This document shows, piece by piece, positions 47,996 to 57,482 of a DNA stretch of 64,000 bases; positions within the stretch are counted from its first letter, which is position 1; each line of letters begins with the position of its first letter. The DNA is taken from positions 32,001-96,000 of IMG/VR virus record IMGVR_UViG_3300050190_000082; one strand, 5' to 3'. Position numbers and translations under genes: made by a program. The DNA comes from a virus. The notes beneath the pieces are model-generated. The model saw nothing but the letters and a program-made list of their open reading frames with translations, did not search any database and was not told the DNA's origin.

Positions 47996-48817
47996 TTACT
48001 TTCCTTGTAAATAATTACTTACTGCGATAAGAGTCTTAGCTGAATCAGCACCTGATAAATAAACTTCTCCTGCTACTCCTAATTTTGGCCCACCTACAGT
48101 AATAATTTTTAAAGACTTCATAGCGTCAGCATGAACAGCAGGTAAAGAATTTCTACAAAACATAGCACAGTTTCCGTTTAATCTACTTAAAATAAGAGCA
48201 CTTGAAAAGTCAGAGGGAGAAAAATATACAATACAAACATCCATTTTAAAATCGACTCCTTTATTATTATTTATTATTGGTTTGATGATTGGTTTAACTG
48301 GGGTAGGTACTGGCGTTGGTTTAGGAACAACTGGACTACTCTTCACAGCAGTTTCAAATGCGTCATAATTCCATCCACCCTTTAATGCAGGAACTTTACT
48401 ATAAGTACATCCTGGGCATTGGGTTAGTGTAACTTGCCCATGAGGATAACAATTATCAAGTGTCAAATTATATTGACTCATTAATTTCTTGACTAATTCA
48501 ACTAAACCATTAAATTGTGCTATTGGCATAGGAAATTTAGTAAAGTCTCCTGCAATGCCTATTCCAATAGAATTTTGATTCCACCACTGATCTCCTTTTT
48601 GAGAATATGGCGGTTTATCACTTAAACAATGAGAACCTTGATAATTTAATGGTCTTCCTTGTCTAATTGTTCCATCTGCTTCAACACCAAAATCATATTC
48701 TGGAAATTGATATGCGTGAGGATTCCATCGTTTAAGAATAGAAACACTTGGAGATTGACCATCACCCATGTGGTGTAGAACGATTGCTTGAATTTTACGG
48801 TTATATAATGTTGACAT
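47996..48817 (-). CDS. endolysin, N-acetylmuramoyl-L-alanine amidase (Amidase_2) with C-terminal cell-wall-binding domain
   Basis: IVLHH, Y.F....DG....GRP, N..SIGI..GDF, H.....T.CPG; Pro-rich linker. Confidence 0.9.
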   Translation of the reverse strand: MSTLYNRKIQAIVLHHMGDGQSPSVSILKRWNPHAYQFPEYDFGVEADGTIRQGRPLNYQGSHCLSDKPPYSQKGDQWWNQNSIGIGIAGDFTKFPMPIAQFNGLVELVKKLMSQYNLTLDNCYPHGQVTLTQCPGCTYSKVPALKGGWNYDAFETAVKSSPVVPKPTPVPTPVKPIIKPIINNNKGVDFKMDVCIVYFSPSDFSSALILSRLNGNCAMFCRNSLPAVHADAMKSLKIITVGGPKLGVAGEVYLSGADSAKTLIAVSNYLQGK

Positions 48818-48861
48818 TATTTCACCTTTCATCTCCTATAAATTTTAAAGAACTTTTATTT

Positions 48862-50463
48862 TTAATAATACAAAATAACATTTGCTATTCCCTTAGCAGT
48901 TAATTTATCAGAATTTACTTTTGCTGATGCTTCTGTTGAACTAGCTACTATTTGACTTGAAATAGTTGAGTAAACATTATATCCTAGTGCCTTTAACTCT
49001 TCCTGTTGTTTTTGAATTTCTGCTGTCTTAGTAGAATTTATTGGAATCGTTTGCACATGATATAATTTATTATTATCAGGTATTGGTTTTGGAGCATCCA
49101 CAACAACCACATTCAATACAGTATTCATCCCTTTATAACTTATAGTAACTAAACAATTTCCAGCTACTAATCCATTTATATTCCCATTATTAAAACTAAC
49201 ATTAGCATTCGAAAATACAAAAGTTGATAATCCTGTAATAACTGATGCAGTATTATCTGAGTATTTAGCTATAATTGAAATCGGGGAAAAAGTTCCTACT
49301 GTCAAAGTTAATGTCAAAGGATCAACATTAATTGATACTAAACTTGGAGTGGGAATAGGTTGAGGATTTGGATTTTTCCATGTAGCAGTAGCACTTGCTG
49401 TGTGAGAAATATTATCAGGAGAAACCCATGTTGTATTAACTTCAATTTCTTCTTCTGTGCTAGATTGAAATGCAATTATTATTACTCCATTATTATCAGC
49501 AATATTAGGAGTATATATTTGACCACTACGCTTGACTTGAATACTCACATTTTGGTTAATAACTGGAGTTAAACCATCCATTGTAGATATTGTAACATTG
49601 TTATTTGCTCCATCATTAACCATAGATGATTGAAATGTAGTTGTAAGTTTATAATCATGAGTGATAGGAGTAGGATTTGGCTGAGGCTCTGGTTGAATAT
49701 CTCCATCAGTCATAGAATACATTACAACTACAAGAGGGAGGAAATCTGCTCCCATCCAAAAATAGCCATTATCTCCCCATGAATTTCCCCATGAATTTAA
49801 AATTTTAAATAGCCCTTGTTTATATCCTGTGATCGTGGTCTCATGATATCCTGCAAGTGTTTCTTTAGTTGTATCTGGAATAGGGATAGTAGAATTTTGG
49901 GAATTTATGGAATAAAATGAACTCCATACAGGAATTTCTATAGTGACTGGATTTTTTAAAGTAATTAATGCGTTTTTAATATCATCACTTGTTTTTACTG
50001 CTGCATAACCAGTAATTTTATGAGGGGTAGCATTAAGAATTAGCGAGTCTTTAATAGGATTAAAATCATTTAAGATTGCTGGATATTCTTCATTAACTGG
50101 AAAACTAGTATAGTCACAGATACCAAAATCCACTAATTCTTGTAGTGCATCTTGAGGCATCATTCCAACGCCTTGATAAGAACCAATCTTTCGGCAGGCG
50201 TATACAAATCCAACAGATAATTGCGTATATTTACCTAGTTGCTGTTCTTCACCTATTTCTCTACAATAAGCTAGACTATGTGCAACACAACTGCTTACTG
50301 CTCCTTGGTTCTTGATAGGATAATTATATGGTAATTCAAATTCATCTGGGAAAACTACTGTTGTTTGTGATGGTGGTATTAGTCTAGATATGTGCCAATC
50401 TCTTGGATCTGGAATTGATTTTTCTTGACGTAAAGGAATAGATTTGTAATCAAATTCTAACAT
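48862..50463 (-). CDS. papain-like C1 cysteine protease with Ig-like (Big_2) and SPOR-like C-terminal domains
   Basis: NQG.VSSC.AH (Cys), GYH...ITGY (His), NSWG..WG..GY (Asn); YHVQ...LKALGY..L.AKG C-terminus. Confidence 0.8.
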   Translation of the reverse strand: MLEFDYKSIPLRQEKSIPDPRDWHISRLIPPSQTTVVFPDEFELPYNYPIKNQGAVSSCVAHSLAYCREIGEEQQLGKYTQLSVGFVYACRKIGSYQGVGMMPQDALQELVDFGICDYTSFPVNEEYPAILNDFNPIKDSLILNATPHKITGYAAVKTSDDIKNALITLKNPVTIEIPVWSSFYSINSQNSTIPIPDTTKETLAGYHETTITGYKQGLFKILNSWGNSWGDNGYFWMGADFLPLVVVMYSMTDGDIQPEPQPNPTPITHDYKLTTTFQSSMVNDGANNNVTISTMDGLTPVINQNVSIQVKRSGQIYTPNIADNNGVIIIAFQSSTEEEIEVNTTWVSPDNISHTASATATWKNPNPQPIPTPSLVSINVDPLTLTLTVGTFSPISIIAKYSDNTASVITGLSTFVFSNANVSFNNGNINGLVAGNCLVTISYKGMNTVLNVVVVDAPKPIPDNNKLYHVQTIPINSTKTAEIQKQQEELKALGYNVYSTISSQIVASSTEASAKVNSDKLTAKGIANVILYY

Positions 50464-50510
50464 ATTTTCATCTCCTAAGTTTTAAAATATAATAAATTAT
50501 AGTAAAAAGA

Positions 50511-50598
50511 AGATAGCACTAAACTATCTCCTAATCACTAAAACATGAAATTATCCATTTCTGAAACGTAGGTTACAAGCCACTTACAGAGGTTGAAA
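50511..50598. repeat. 88-bp direct repeat, copy A
   Basis: About 74/88 identity to 56718-56805 by manual alignment. Confidence 0.8.
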
Positions 50599-50889
50599 AA
50601 TCGTACCAAATAAAAGAACGATTTGAAAGGGTTAAACTATATAATATTATTTATTAGTTATATAAATCACCATATTATTTATCTATGTTATCTATTTTTT
50701 AATATGATAAAATATTATTTTGCGTTTTTATTTCTTATAAAAATAGACTAAAATAAAAAACAAGCATTAAAGTTTTTAAAATAATATAGCAGATTCTAAT
50801 TGAGAATGAGAGTATATTTCATACTCCATTCTCATATTTAATAATACTTTGTGAATAATAAATTTCCGTCGGATAATACATCGAATACG

Positions 50890-52062
50890 TCATACTTCTA
50901 ATCTTAACATCTTCTTTATAACTTTTTTAATAGTCCTTTTTAAAATACTTTTATTCATGGGTTTCAAATATTTTCTGATAATAAACTCATAGTCCTTTTT
51001 ATGAAAATCTTCATAAAAGTTCTTATAACATTTATCCTTTTTAATAACTCCATAAACTAATCTTCTGTTGATTCTTGATGCGTCTTCAAATTTCCCAGGC
51101 TTAACAGTTATATTCTTAATAGACTTTAGTACATCATCCCCTTTTTGCGAATTACATAATACTACAGATGTCCCTTCACTATTTTTTAATGCCTCTGGAA
51201 CTCCCCAGAAGTCTCCGATTGTAATATCTGCATTTCTAGGCATCTTAGCAAATTGGCAATCATGACAAGATTCTCTGCTATAAACTGAACGTAAAAATCC
51301 AACAGTAAAGGGATCATCGTTTACAAGACTAAAATACTCCTTATTGTTTTCAAAGATAACTTTCATTCCGGAATTTTCCCATCCTACTTTCTTATCCCTG
51401 AAACTAACTTTGGAAATTTTAGAATCATATTTTCGTTCTAGATATTCTAGGTATGCGGTATATGCTATCTCTGATGGTACGCTATGGCATATGATTTCGC
51501 AGGTGATAATGTTATCTGCGATATCATCCGTTACAAAAGTATTTAACGCAGCTATTTGACATGGGGTACCCGAAAACAAAACTATGTTTTTTTTCGCAAT
51601 TTTAGTAGCTTCTTTATAACTATCATTCACATGACTTTGAATGTACTTTGCTCCCCTGAGCCTATGCAAGTCATTTTCATTATTTATGCATATATGCTTT
51701 GCTAGAAAACTTTCATCAAGAGCAACTCCATAAACATAACCATTACGGGAAACAATCTGCTTTGCTAATTCTGTGAAAACTCCGCCAGATGTACTAGCTT
51801 TAATAGTTTCAATATCCTTACTATAAACTGCATAAACGTAAGGGTTCTCATTTTGGATTAACTGTTTTTTATTAAGTAGGGGACAGTGTTTAGCACAGTT
51901 TCCACATCTACTACAATTCTCATTTACAATAGGGTGTATAAAACCTTTCTCGTTTAATTCCATGGAAATTGCATTTTTGGGGCAAGCATTATAGCATCCA
52001 GAACACCCTGTGCACGTTCCAGAATTAACAACTTCAACGATTTGCAAATTTCCCTTTTTCAT
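50890..52062 (-). CDS. 4Fe-4S / F420 hydrogenase beta-subunit (FrhB)-like protein of polysaccharide loci
   Basis: Two CxxCxxCxxxCP clusters, STSGG.F, KY.QS, GTPCQ, ICH.VPS, R.SC..C, DITIGDFWG. Confidence 0.85.
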   Translation of the reverse strand: MKKGNLQIVEVVNSGTCTGCSGCYNACPKNAISMELNEKGFIHPIVNENCSRCGNCAKHCPLLNKKQLIQNENPYVYAVYSKDIETIKASTSGGVFTELAKQIVSRNGYVYGVALDESFLAKHICINNENDLHRLRGAKYIQSHVNDSYKEATKIAKKNIVLFSGTPCQIAALNTFVTDDIADNIITCEIICHSVPSEIAYTAYLEYLERKYDSKISKVSFRDKKVGWENSGMKVIFENNKEYFSLVNDDPFTVGFLRSVYSRESCHDCQFAKMPRNADITIGDFWGVPEALKNSEGTSVVLCNSQKGDDVLKSIKNITVKPGKFEDASRINRRLVYGVIKKDKCYKNFYEDFHKKDYEFIIRKYLKPMNKSILKRTIKKVIKKMLRLEV

Positions 52063-52158
52063 CGAACATGACCTCCTAAATATTTCTATATTATGTTATG
52101 TTCGACACGGAATGACCAAAACCTTTTGATTGAAAAGATACATTAACTCTTCGTTCAA

Positions 52159-53304
52159 CTACGTCATAAAATTTATTCTATTTCTTTTGTCATTATTCTC
52201 ATTCTTTTTTCCAATTAGTTTAGGGAACCATTTATTTATTACATACACAAAAGGAACGCATATTAAAAGTTCAACAAGTATTACTCCTAAATATATTAAA
52301 AAAGAAAGTGTACCAAATTTACTAAAATATAAAATTACTAAATGCGCTATCCTAGAATTAAAATTGTAAATTAATCCATTACAACCTAGGAATATAATAC
52401 TATTTTTAGATATATATGATAATGATTTTGTAGGCAACGACAGTTTAGACAACATAACGATAAATATTACTCCCGAAATAGAGGTAAGTAAAAATAAAAT
52501 TGGATTACCATGGCTAGATGATGCCATCACTACCACCGGGTCATGAAATGTAAAAAAATCATTATTTAGTTGAAATGTGAAGCTAACAACAACCAGTGAT
52601 GTTACCATTGCTATTAATCGTTTAGATAAGGAAATTTTTTGACTAAATAAGTTGAATTTGCTAAAAATGATACCCAATAGATATAATGAATAAGCAAATA
52701 TAGACTCTTTAACATACCAAAAGTTTCTCGCTGGAATACCCTTCAATTCTAAAAAATAATTAATTGTCCAACCCGTTGCGAAAAAGCAACTTGCAATAAT
52801 TACGATTTTTTGAATAGTTGTAGCATACTTACCAACAAAATAATGTATAACCTCTACGCTAAACAAGCATACAAGAAACCAAGTAACTGCATTAAAGAAT
52901 GGTGTCCCTGATATGATCATTTTCGCAAACCCTTTAGCATAGAAAACTATATCTACAGAACTATGTTTCCAAATTAACAAAAATATAGCATTAATTATAT
53001 TAAAGAAAAACATTGGAATTATTCTAGTCATGAATTTTAATTTAAAATATCTCTTAAATGATATATCTGTATTTGTTTTAGATACATATCCAGCCAGTAC
53101 AAAAAACAATGGCATATGGAATGAATATATGAACTTAAATTGCATAAATTCTTCCGAAATATTACCTTTAATAGTTGCCACTTGTTCGATAAAATGACCA
53201 TAGAATACAAGTATCATTCCATATGCTTTAGCAATATCAAGCCAAACTATACGTTTTTTGTCATTTATCATAAAAACCCCCTGACTATGAATTATATTAT
53301 ACAC
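52159..53304 (-). CDS. acyltransferase family 3 (O-acetyltransferase)
   Basis: R..WLD.AK...M..V..GH, IYSFHMPLFF..AGY, WFL..LF; about 10 TMs. Confidence 0.9.
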   Translation of the reverse strand: MYNIIHSQGVFMINDKKRIVWLDIAKAYGMILVFYGHFIEQVATIKGNISEEFMQFKFIYSFHMPLFFVLAGYVSKTNTDISFKRYFKLKFMTRIIPMFFFNIINAIFLLIWKHSSVDIVFYAKGFAKMIISGTPFFNAVTWFLVCLFSVEVIHYFVGKYATTIQKIVIIASCFFATGWTINYFLELKGIPARNFWYVKESIFAYSLYLLGIIFSKFNLFSQKISLSKRLIAMVTSLVVVSFTFQLNNDFFTFHDPVVVMASSSHGNPILFLLTSISGVIFIVMLSKLSLPTKSLSYISKNSIIFLGCNGLIYNFNSRIAHLVILYFSKFGTLSFLIYLGVILVELLICVPFVYVINKWFPKLIGKKNENNDKRNRINFMT

Positions 53305-53361
53305 TTTTTTAGCCAGGGAGTCTATGCTAAATATTCTTCGGTTAATGCGTCAACTGTAAAA

Positions 53362-55893
53362 TTACTTAATAACCGTGCCTGTTCCCCTGTCAATAACTTG
53401 CGAAACATCATACCCTTGAAGTATCGTACCCGTTGCACCTGTTTCAACAATAATCAAGTTCGATAAAGTTGCTGTGGAATAGCAATTTATAACTCTGTTA
53501 TTATTCCCTGTGATATAAATAGGTTTGTTAATTGTGCAATCTCGTAGAATATTATTGTTTCCGTCAACTTCTACACTATTACTATTAACCGCTGTGACAA
53601 CATCATTGTTAGAGAACTTCATGCTATTTCCACTAATTAGCACGCAATCATCAGCACCAAAATAGTTATTTATAATTTGGTTTGCACTACCTCGAAATAT
53701 AGCAGAGTGACCTGTTGCCTTATCGATTATATTGTCAACTACCATACATGTTGTCCCATCTAAGATAAGCCCTGTAGCAATCACTGTGTGCTTTGTCGGT
53801 GTCACTCCGTCACCGACAGTAAAGTATTCAGACCAATTACCAGTATCGACAATTTGGCAATTACTGATTCTAGATTTATCGACCCCTGTTATCAGCGCAC
53901 TCGCCGCTTCACTTTCTAGTAATTGTGTTGATGTAATCCCTCCACAATTCCTAACAAGCACAAGTCCGTCGAGTATAAGCGTCGATATTGGATCAGTTAC
54001 TTTCCCTACCCAAATACCCTGTGATGGGCAATCGGCAATAATGCTGTCTTTTATCTTCGTGTAATAGCTACCACGTGGATGAAAATAGATACCCACATTA
54101 CAACCGTCTGTGTTCACTCTATCAATCAAACACGCATCGATGTAACCATAAGCCGAAATACCCACCGCTAAGCCTGTGCAGGTAATACGATATAATTCGC
54201 ATTGATCTGCGCCAGTTAATAAACTTATGCCACAGTGTTTGCCATTATTTGCTACACTAAACAACCCTTGGGTATTGGAATTTAAGACCATGCCTTGTAT
54301 CCCAATCTGAGCAATCCTTACGCCATATGCACCAATTGTTGATAACTCAATGGCTGCTATATTTGCGTTAAGTAGTGCTAGTTTAGACCCCATTTCCGAG
54401 GGATAAACTCCGTTTGGATAACCACTATAGTTCCAAATGTCGCCTTCAATATGAACATTCGTGGTAACTCTTACGGCGGTACTCACGGAGAAGGTTTTAG
54501 CTGGGACTCTTACTTTCCCACCTCTAGTCCCGAATGATGCTATAGTCTGAGGAAAACCCGCAAATCCGTCACTTGCAACATAGGGGTCTGTGGCACTCCC
54601 CGATCCAGTACAGTAGACGGAAGGGTCTCCATCTGCTTTAAATGGCACACCATTGATATTGGTCACTTTTCCACCTGTTGTGGAATCTGATATTCCTAGT
54701 ATGACTGCTAAGCCTGATGTCGTTCCATAGCTTAATGCAAAAGTAACTGCCCCTGTCGGTATTGCAAAGGTTCCATTGGGAGTTGCAGTGGAATAATTGG
54801 CAGATCCTGTTGGCTTTATTTTTGTGCTTGAAATATCGTAAAAAATTAAGGCACTTGACCATGTTGAGCGACCAACGATAGTTAAGTACTTAGATAAGCC
54901 ACAAGCTAATTTGTTCGTCGTTACTCCACCTGGGGATGACACGTTATTACCTGTACTATAATCAATGCCTGTTTCTGAAATAGTAGCTCCAACTATTACA
55001 CTGGTTGAAATGGTTGGCATATTTGTTTCATTGGCAGAGATCCGAGCCGTATTACTATCAATGAGATCGCTTGTATTTGATAAGACGAAACAATCTAACA
55101 CTTTGATTGTTGTAATTTTTGTTGCTGACGAAACATGTCCCACCGTCAATTTCGCGTATAAAAACGAATCCCCTACTTGTAGAGTGAAATTTGCACCAAA
55201 GAGCCAATCGGTATCATTAAGTTGTATCGTTGGTGCGGAAGAATCAATACTTAATGCAGTAACAACACCGTTGCGCTTAATACTCAGGATTCGAGGTAAT
55301 GGCGATAAACTTGCAATATCGTTCGTGCTAATTTTAAAATACAAAGTCACGGACATATTTTTAGCAACAAGTCCTACAACTTCATTCTTGAATTTAAAGT
55401 AACTTCCATCACCTGTCGATCCTATAGGGATTGAAAAAGTTTTTGATGGCGTGTCGTAAGTTGCACCATTAAGGGGCGCGGTTCCATCATCAGTAAGAAC
55501 GACTGTTTTATATTTTCCACTGGTGATTAATGGGTCTTGCATAGCTGAGGCAATATTATAGTAATTTGTACCATTAACGGCAAGGGCTGTGCTTTGATAC
55601 ACTCCCCCTGCTGTCCATGCTGAACCGTTCCAGTAGTACCATTTACCGTCTGCTGTTACTATATAAATCCCTGTTGTTCCTGTTGGGAAAGCTGTTTGTA
55701 GTAATGCTAATGTAGCATAGGTCGCTTTAGGTGATCCACTTGCAATACTTGCAATTTGTGCATTAATATCTACTTGATTAGCCTTTAAATTAAGTTGTGT
55801 CAGATTATCCGCCTGTAGTTGATTAGTTTGGGCTATCTGTGTCGTATGGGTATTAACTAAATCTTGTATATTTCTAATTACTGGTTTAGACAT
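53362..55893 (-). CDS. tailspike / pectin-lyase-like beta-helix depolymerase
   Basis: N-terminal ASGSPK..Y.....L..A.P.G..GIY...DG.WYYWNG anchor, then GG.V.VP...F and beta-helix repeats; elevated GC. Confidence 0.7.
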   Translation of the reverse strand: MSKPVIRNIQDLVNTHTTQIAQTNQLQADNLTQLNLKANQVDINAQIASIASGSPKATYATLALLQTAFPTGTTGIYIVTADGKWYYWNGSAWTAGGVYQSTALAVNGTNYYNIASAMQDPLITSGKYKTVVLTDDGTAPLNGATYDTPSKTFSIPIGSTGDGSYFKFKNEVVGLVAKNMSVTLYFKISTNDIASLSPLPRILSIKRNGVVTALSIDSSAPTIQLNDTDWLFGANFTLQVGDSFLYAKLTVGHVSSATKITTIKVLDCFVLSNTSDLIDSNTARISANETNMPTISTSVIVGATISETGIDYSTGNNVSSPGGVTTNKLACGLSKYLTIVGRSTWSSALIFYDISSTKIKPTGSANYSTATPNGTFAIPTGAVTFALSYGTTSGLAVILGISDSTTGGKVTNINGVPFKADGDPSVYCTGSGSATDPYVASDGFAGFPQTIASFGTRGGKVRVPAKTFSVSTAVRVTTNVHIEGDIWNYSGYPNGVYPSEMGSKLALLNANIAAIELSTIGAYGVRIAQIGIQGMVLNSNTQGLFSVANNGKHCGISLLTGADQCELYRITCTGLAVGISAYGYIDACLIDRVNTDGCNVGIYFHPRGSYYTKIKDSIIADCPSQGIWVGKVTDPISTLILDGLVLVRNCGGITSTQLLESEAASALITGVDKSRISNCQIVDTGNWSEYFTVGDGVTPTKHTVIATGLILDGTTCMVVDNIIDKATGHSAIFRGSANQIINNYFGADDCVLISGNSMKFSNNDVVTAVNSNSVEVDGNNNILRDCTINKPIYITGNNNRVINCYSTATLSNLIIVETGATGTILQGYDVSQVIDRGTGTVIK

Positions 55894-56067
55894 TTATTTA
55901 GCCTCCTTAATTAATTTCCCGATATTGTCAGGAATATCTTCAATATAATAGATCTTAAATTTACGACAATTATCTCTATACGATCGCCAATTCTTTAAAA
56001 TTAGGCACAAAAATAGACAGATAATTAATCTGCCTAAATCTACATATAACCTCCAATTTAATTAAAT

Positions 56068-56361
56068 TTATTTAACATTCTTTGTGAGGCGAAAATTAAT
56101 TTTGTCGCCAATATTTAAAGACCACCCAATTAAATCAATGGAAATTAAATTAGCATTTTCTGAATAACTATCTCCTACGGACAATTGTTGACCAAAAGTT
56201 AAATCCGTCACATTTAAATCGTCTGTAATAGGGTTGTAACTTAGGCTATGCACCACATTTGATATCCCACTTGAAACTGCGGTATATGTCATTATCTTTA
56301 TTTTAGTAGCCATCAAAGCATTTGTAGTAGAAACATCTACACTATTATGAAAAAATCCCAC
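56068..56361 (-). CDS. hypothetical (tail-associated) protein
   Basis: GGGGAG RBS with GTG start. Confidence 0.55.
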   Translation of the reverse strand: MGFFHNSVDVSTTNALMATKIKIMTYTAVSSGISNVVHSLSYNPITDDLNVTDLTFGQQLSVGDSYSENANLISIDLIGWSLNIGDKINFRLTKNVK

Positions 56362-56397
56362 TGTTCATCTCCCCTTTTTGTAATTTCTAATATTGTA

Positions 56398-56670
56398 TTA
56401 AGATAACTCCCCTAAAAAATTAAACGTAATACCACCCTCTACGATTACAAAACTACTTATAAGATAATCTTTCGTAGTAGCATCAAATCCTTGACTTGCT
56501 CTAAAAAATATTGGATCACTATTATTGATTTTTACATGACAACTTTGATCATTTAAAAAACTAAATTTACGAAATGATTCATAAGAAACCGATAATATTA
56601 TAAGTTCTTGATTGGGTGTGGAAGTTTGAAGATCACTAGACCCCATAAATTGACTCATATTTTGACTCAT
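56398..56670 (-). CDS. hypothetical (tail-associated) protein
   Basis: AGGAGG RBS. Confidence 0.6.
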   Translation of the reverse strand: MSQNMSQFMGSSDLQTSTPNQELIILSVSYESFRKFSFLNDQSCHVKINNSDPIFFRASQGFDATTKDYLISSFVIVEGGITFNFLGELS

Positions 56671-56717
56671 AAAAATTCCTCCTTTTTACAATGTATAATA
56701 ATCGCGATTACAAAGAG

Positions 56718-56805
56718 AGATAGCTTAAAACTGTCTCCAAATCACTAAAATATGAAATTAACCGTTTTTGAAACATAGGCTACAAGCCACTTTGCGAGGT
56801 TGAAA
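56718..56805. repeat. 88-bp direct repeat, copy B
   Basis: See copy A. Confidence 0.8.
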
Positions 56806-56832
56806 TTACATTAAAAGATGCCTTTTATTTGT

Positions 56833-56979
56833 TTATTTTACTTCATCTTTTTTCGCACTTAATTCTGCTATTTGTTTTTGTAATATTTCTATTTGTGTGT
56901 CCTTCATAGCTATATTTAGAGATAACTTTCCAATTTGATCAGATAATTTTTCTATTACCAAATTTGCGTCTACATTCAT
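56833..56979 (-). CDS. small coiled-coil protein (48 aa)
   Basis: AAGGA RBS; MNVDANLVIEKLSDQIGKL... Confidence 0.55.
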   Translation of the reverse strand: MNVDANLVIEKLSDQIGKLSLNIAMKDTQIEILQKQIAELSAKKDEVK

Positions 56980-57012
56980 TTTTATACCCATCCTTTATCT
57001 TGAATTCTTGAA

Positions 57013-57159
57013 TTACACAACAGTCATTTGCGGAGTTGCTAAGATTGCATCACATTCTGTCTGAGTTATACGAGTGGGAATTTTTTCTTGAACATATGCT
57101 CCATCAATCGTTCTCATAACCCACATATTAAGAATTAGTCTATATGCTGGACTATTCAT
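57013..57159 (-). CDS. XkdX-like small protein (48 aa)
   Basis: Follows an XkdW-like ORF after the tail fibre; ...YV......IT..E...IL pattern. Confidence 0.5.
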   Translation of the reverse strand: MNSPAYRLILNMWVMRTIDGAYVQEKIPTRITQTECDAILATPQMTVV

Positions 57160-57183
57160 AAGTTTTCATCTCATCTTTCATTA

Positions 57184-57462
57184 TTATAGTAATGAAGTTA
57201 TAAATTCTTCTATAGCTGAAAGTCTGTCTGAATCACTTGGAGGGGGTACTATAACGACAGGAGTAATTTCAACAAATGCTGAAGTTGTATAATCATACAT
57301 ATGGGTATCATACTGAACAGTGCTATTTTCACTATTCAGTATGGGTATAATTTCTGTACCATCAGGTAATATGATATTTGAGGGATAGGGTTCGTCGTTA
57401 CCCCATCCCTGAATTGATAATATTTTTCCTGTAGCTTCAACAACAGACGCGAACTCTCTCAC
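57184..57462 (-). CDS. tail fibre chaperone-like (XkdW-like) protein
   Basis: Ends PPPS..DRLSAIEE.I..LL; immediately after the tail fibre. Confidence 0.5.
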   Translation of the reverse strand: MREFASVVEATGKILSIQGWGNDEPYPSNIILPDGTEIIPILNSENSTVQYDTHMYDYTTSAFVEITPVVIVPPPSDSDRLSAIEEFITSLL

Positions 57463-57482
57463 AAATTTAATCTCCTCTCTTC

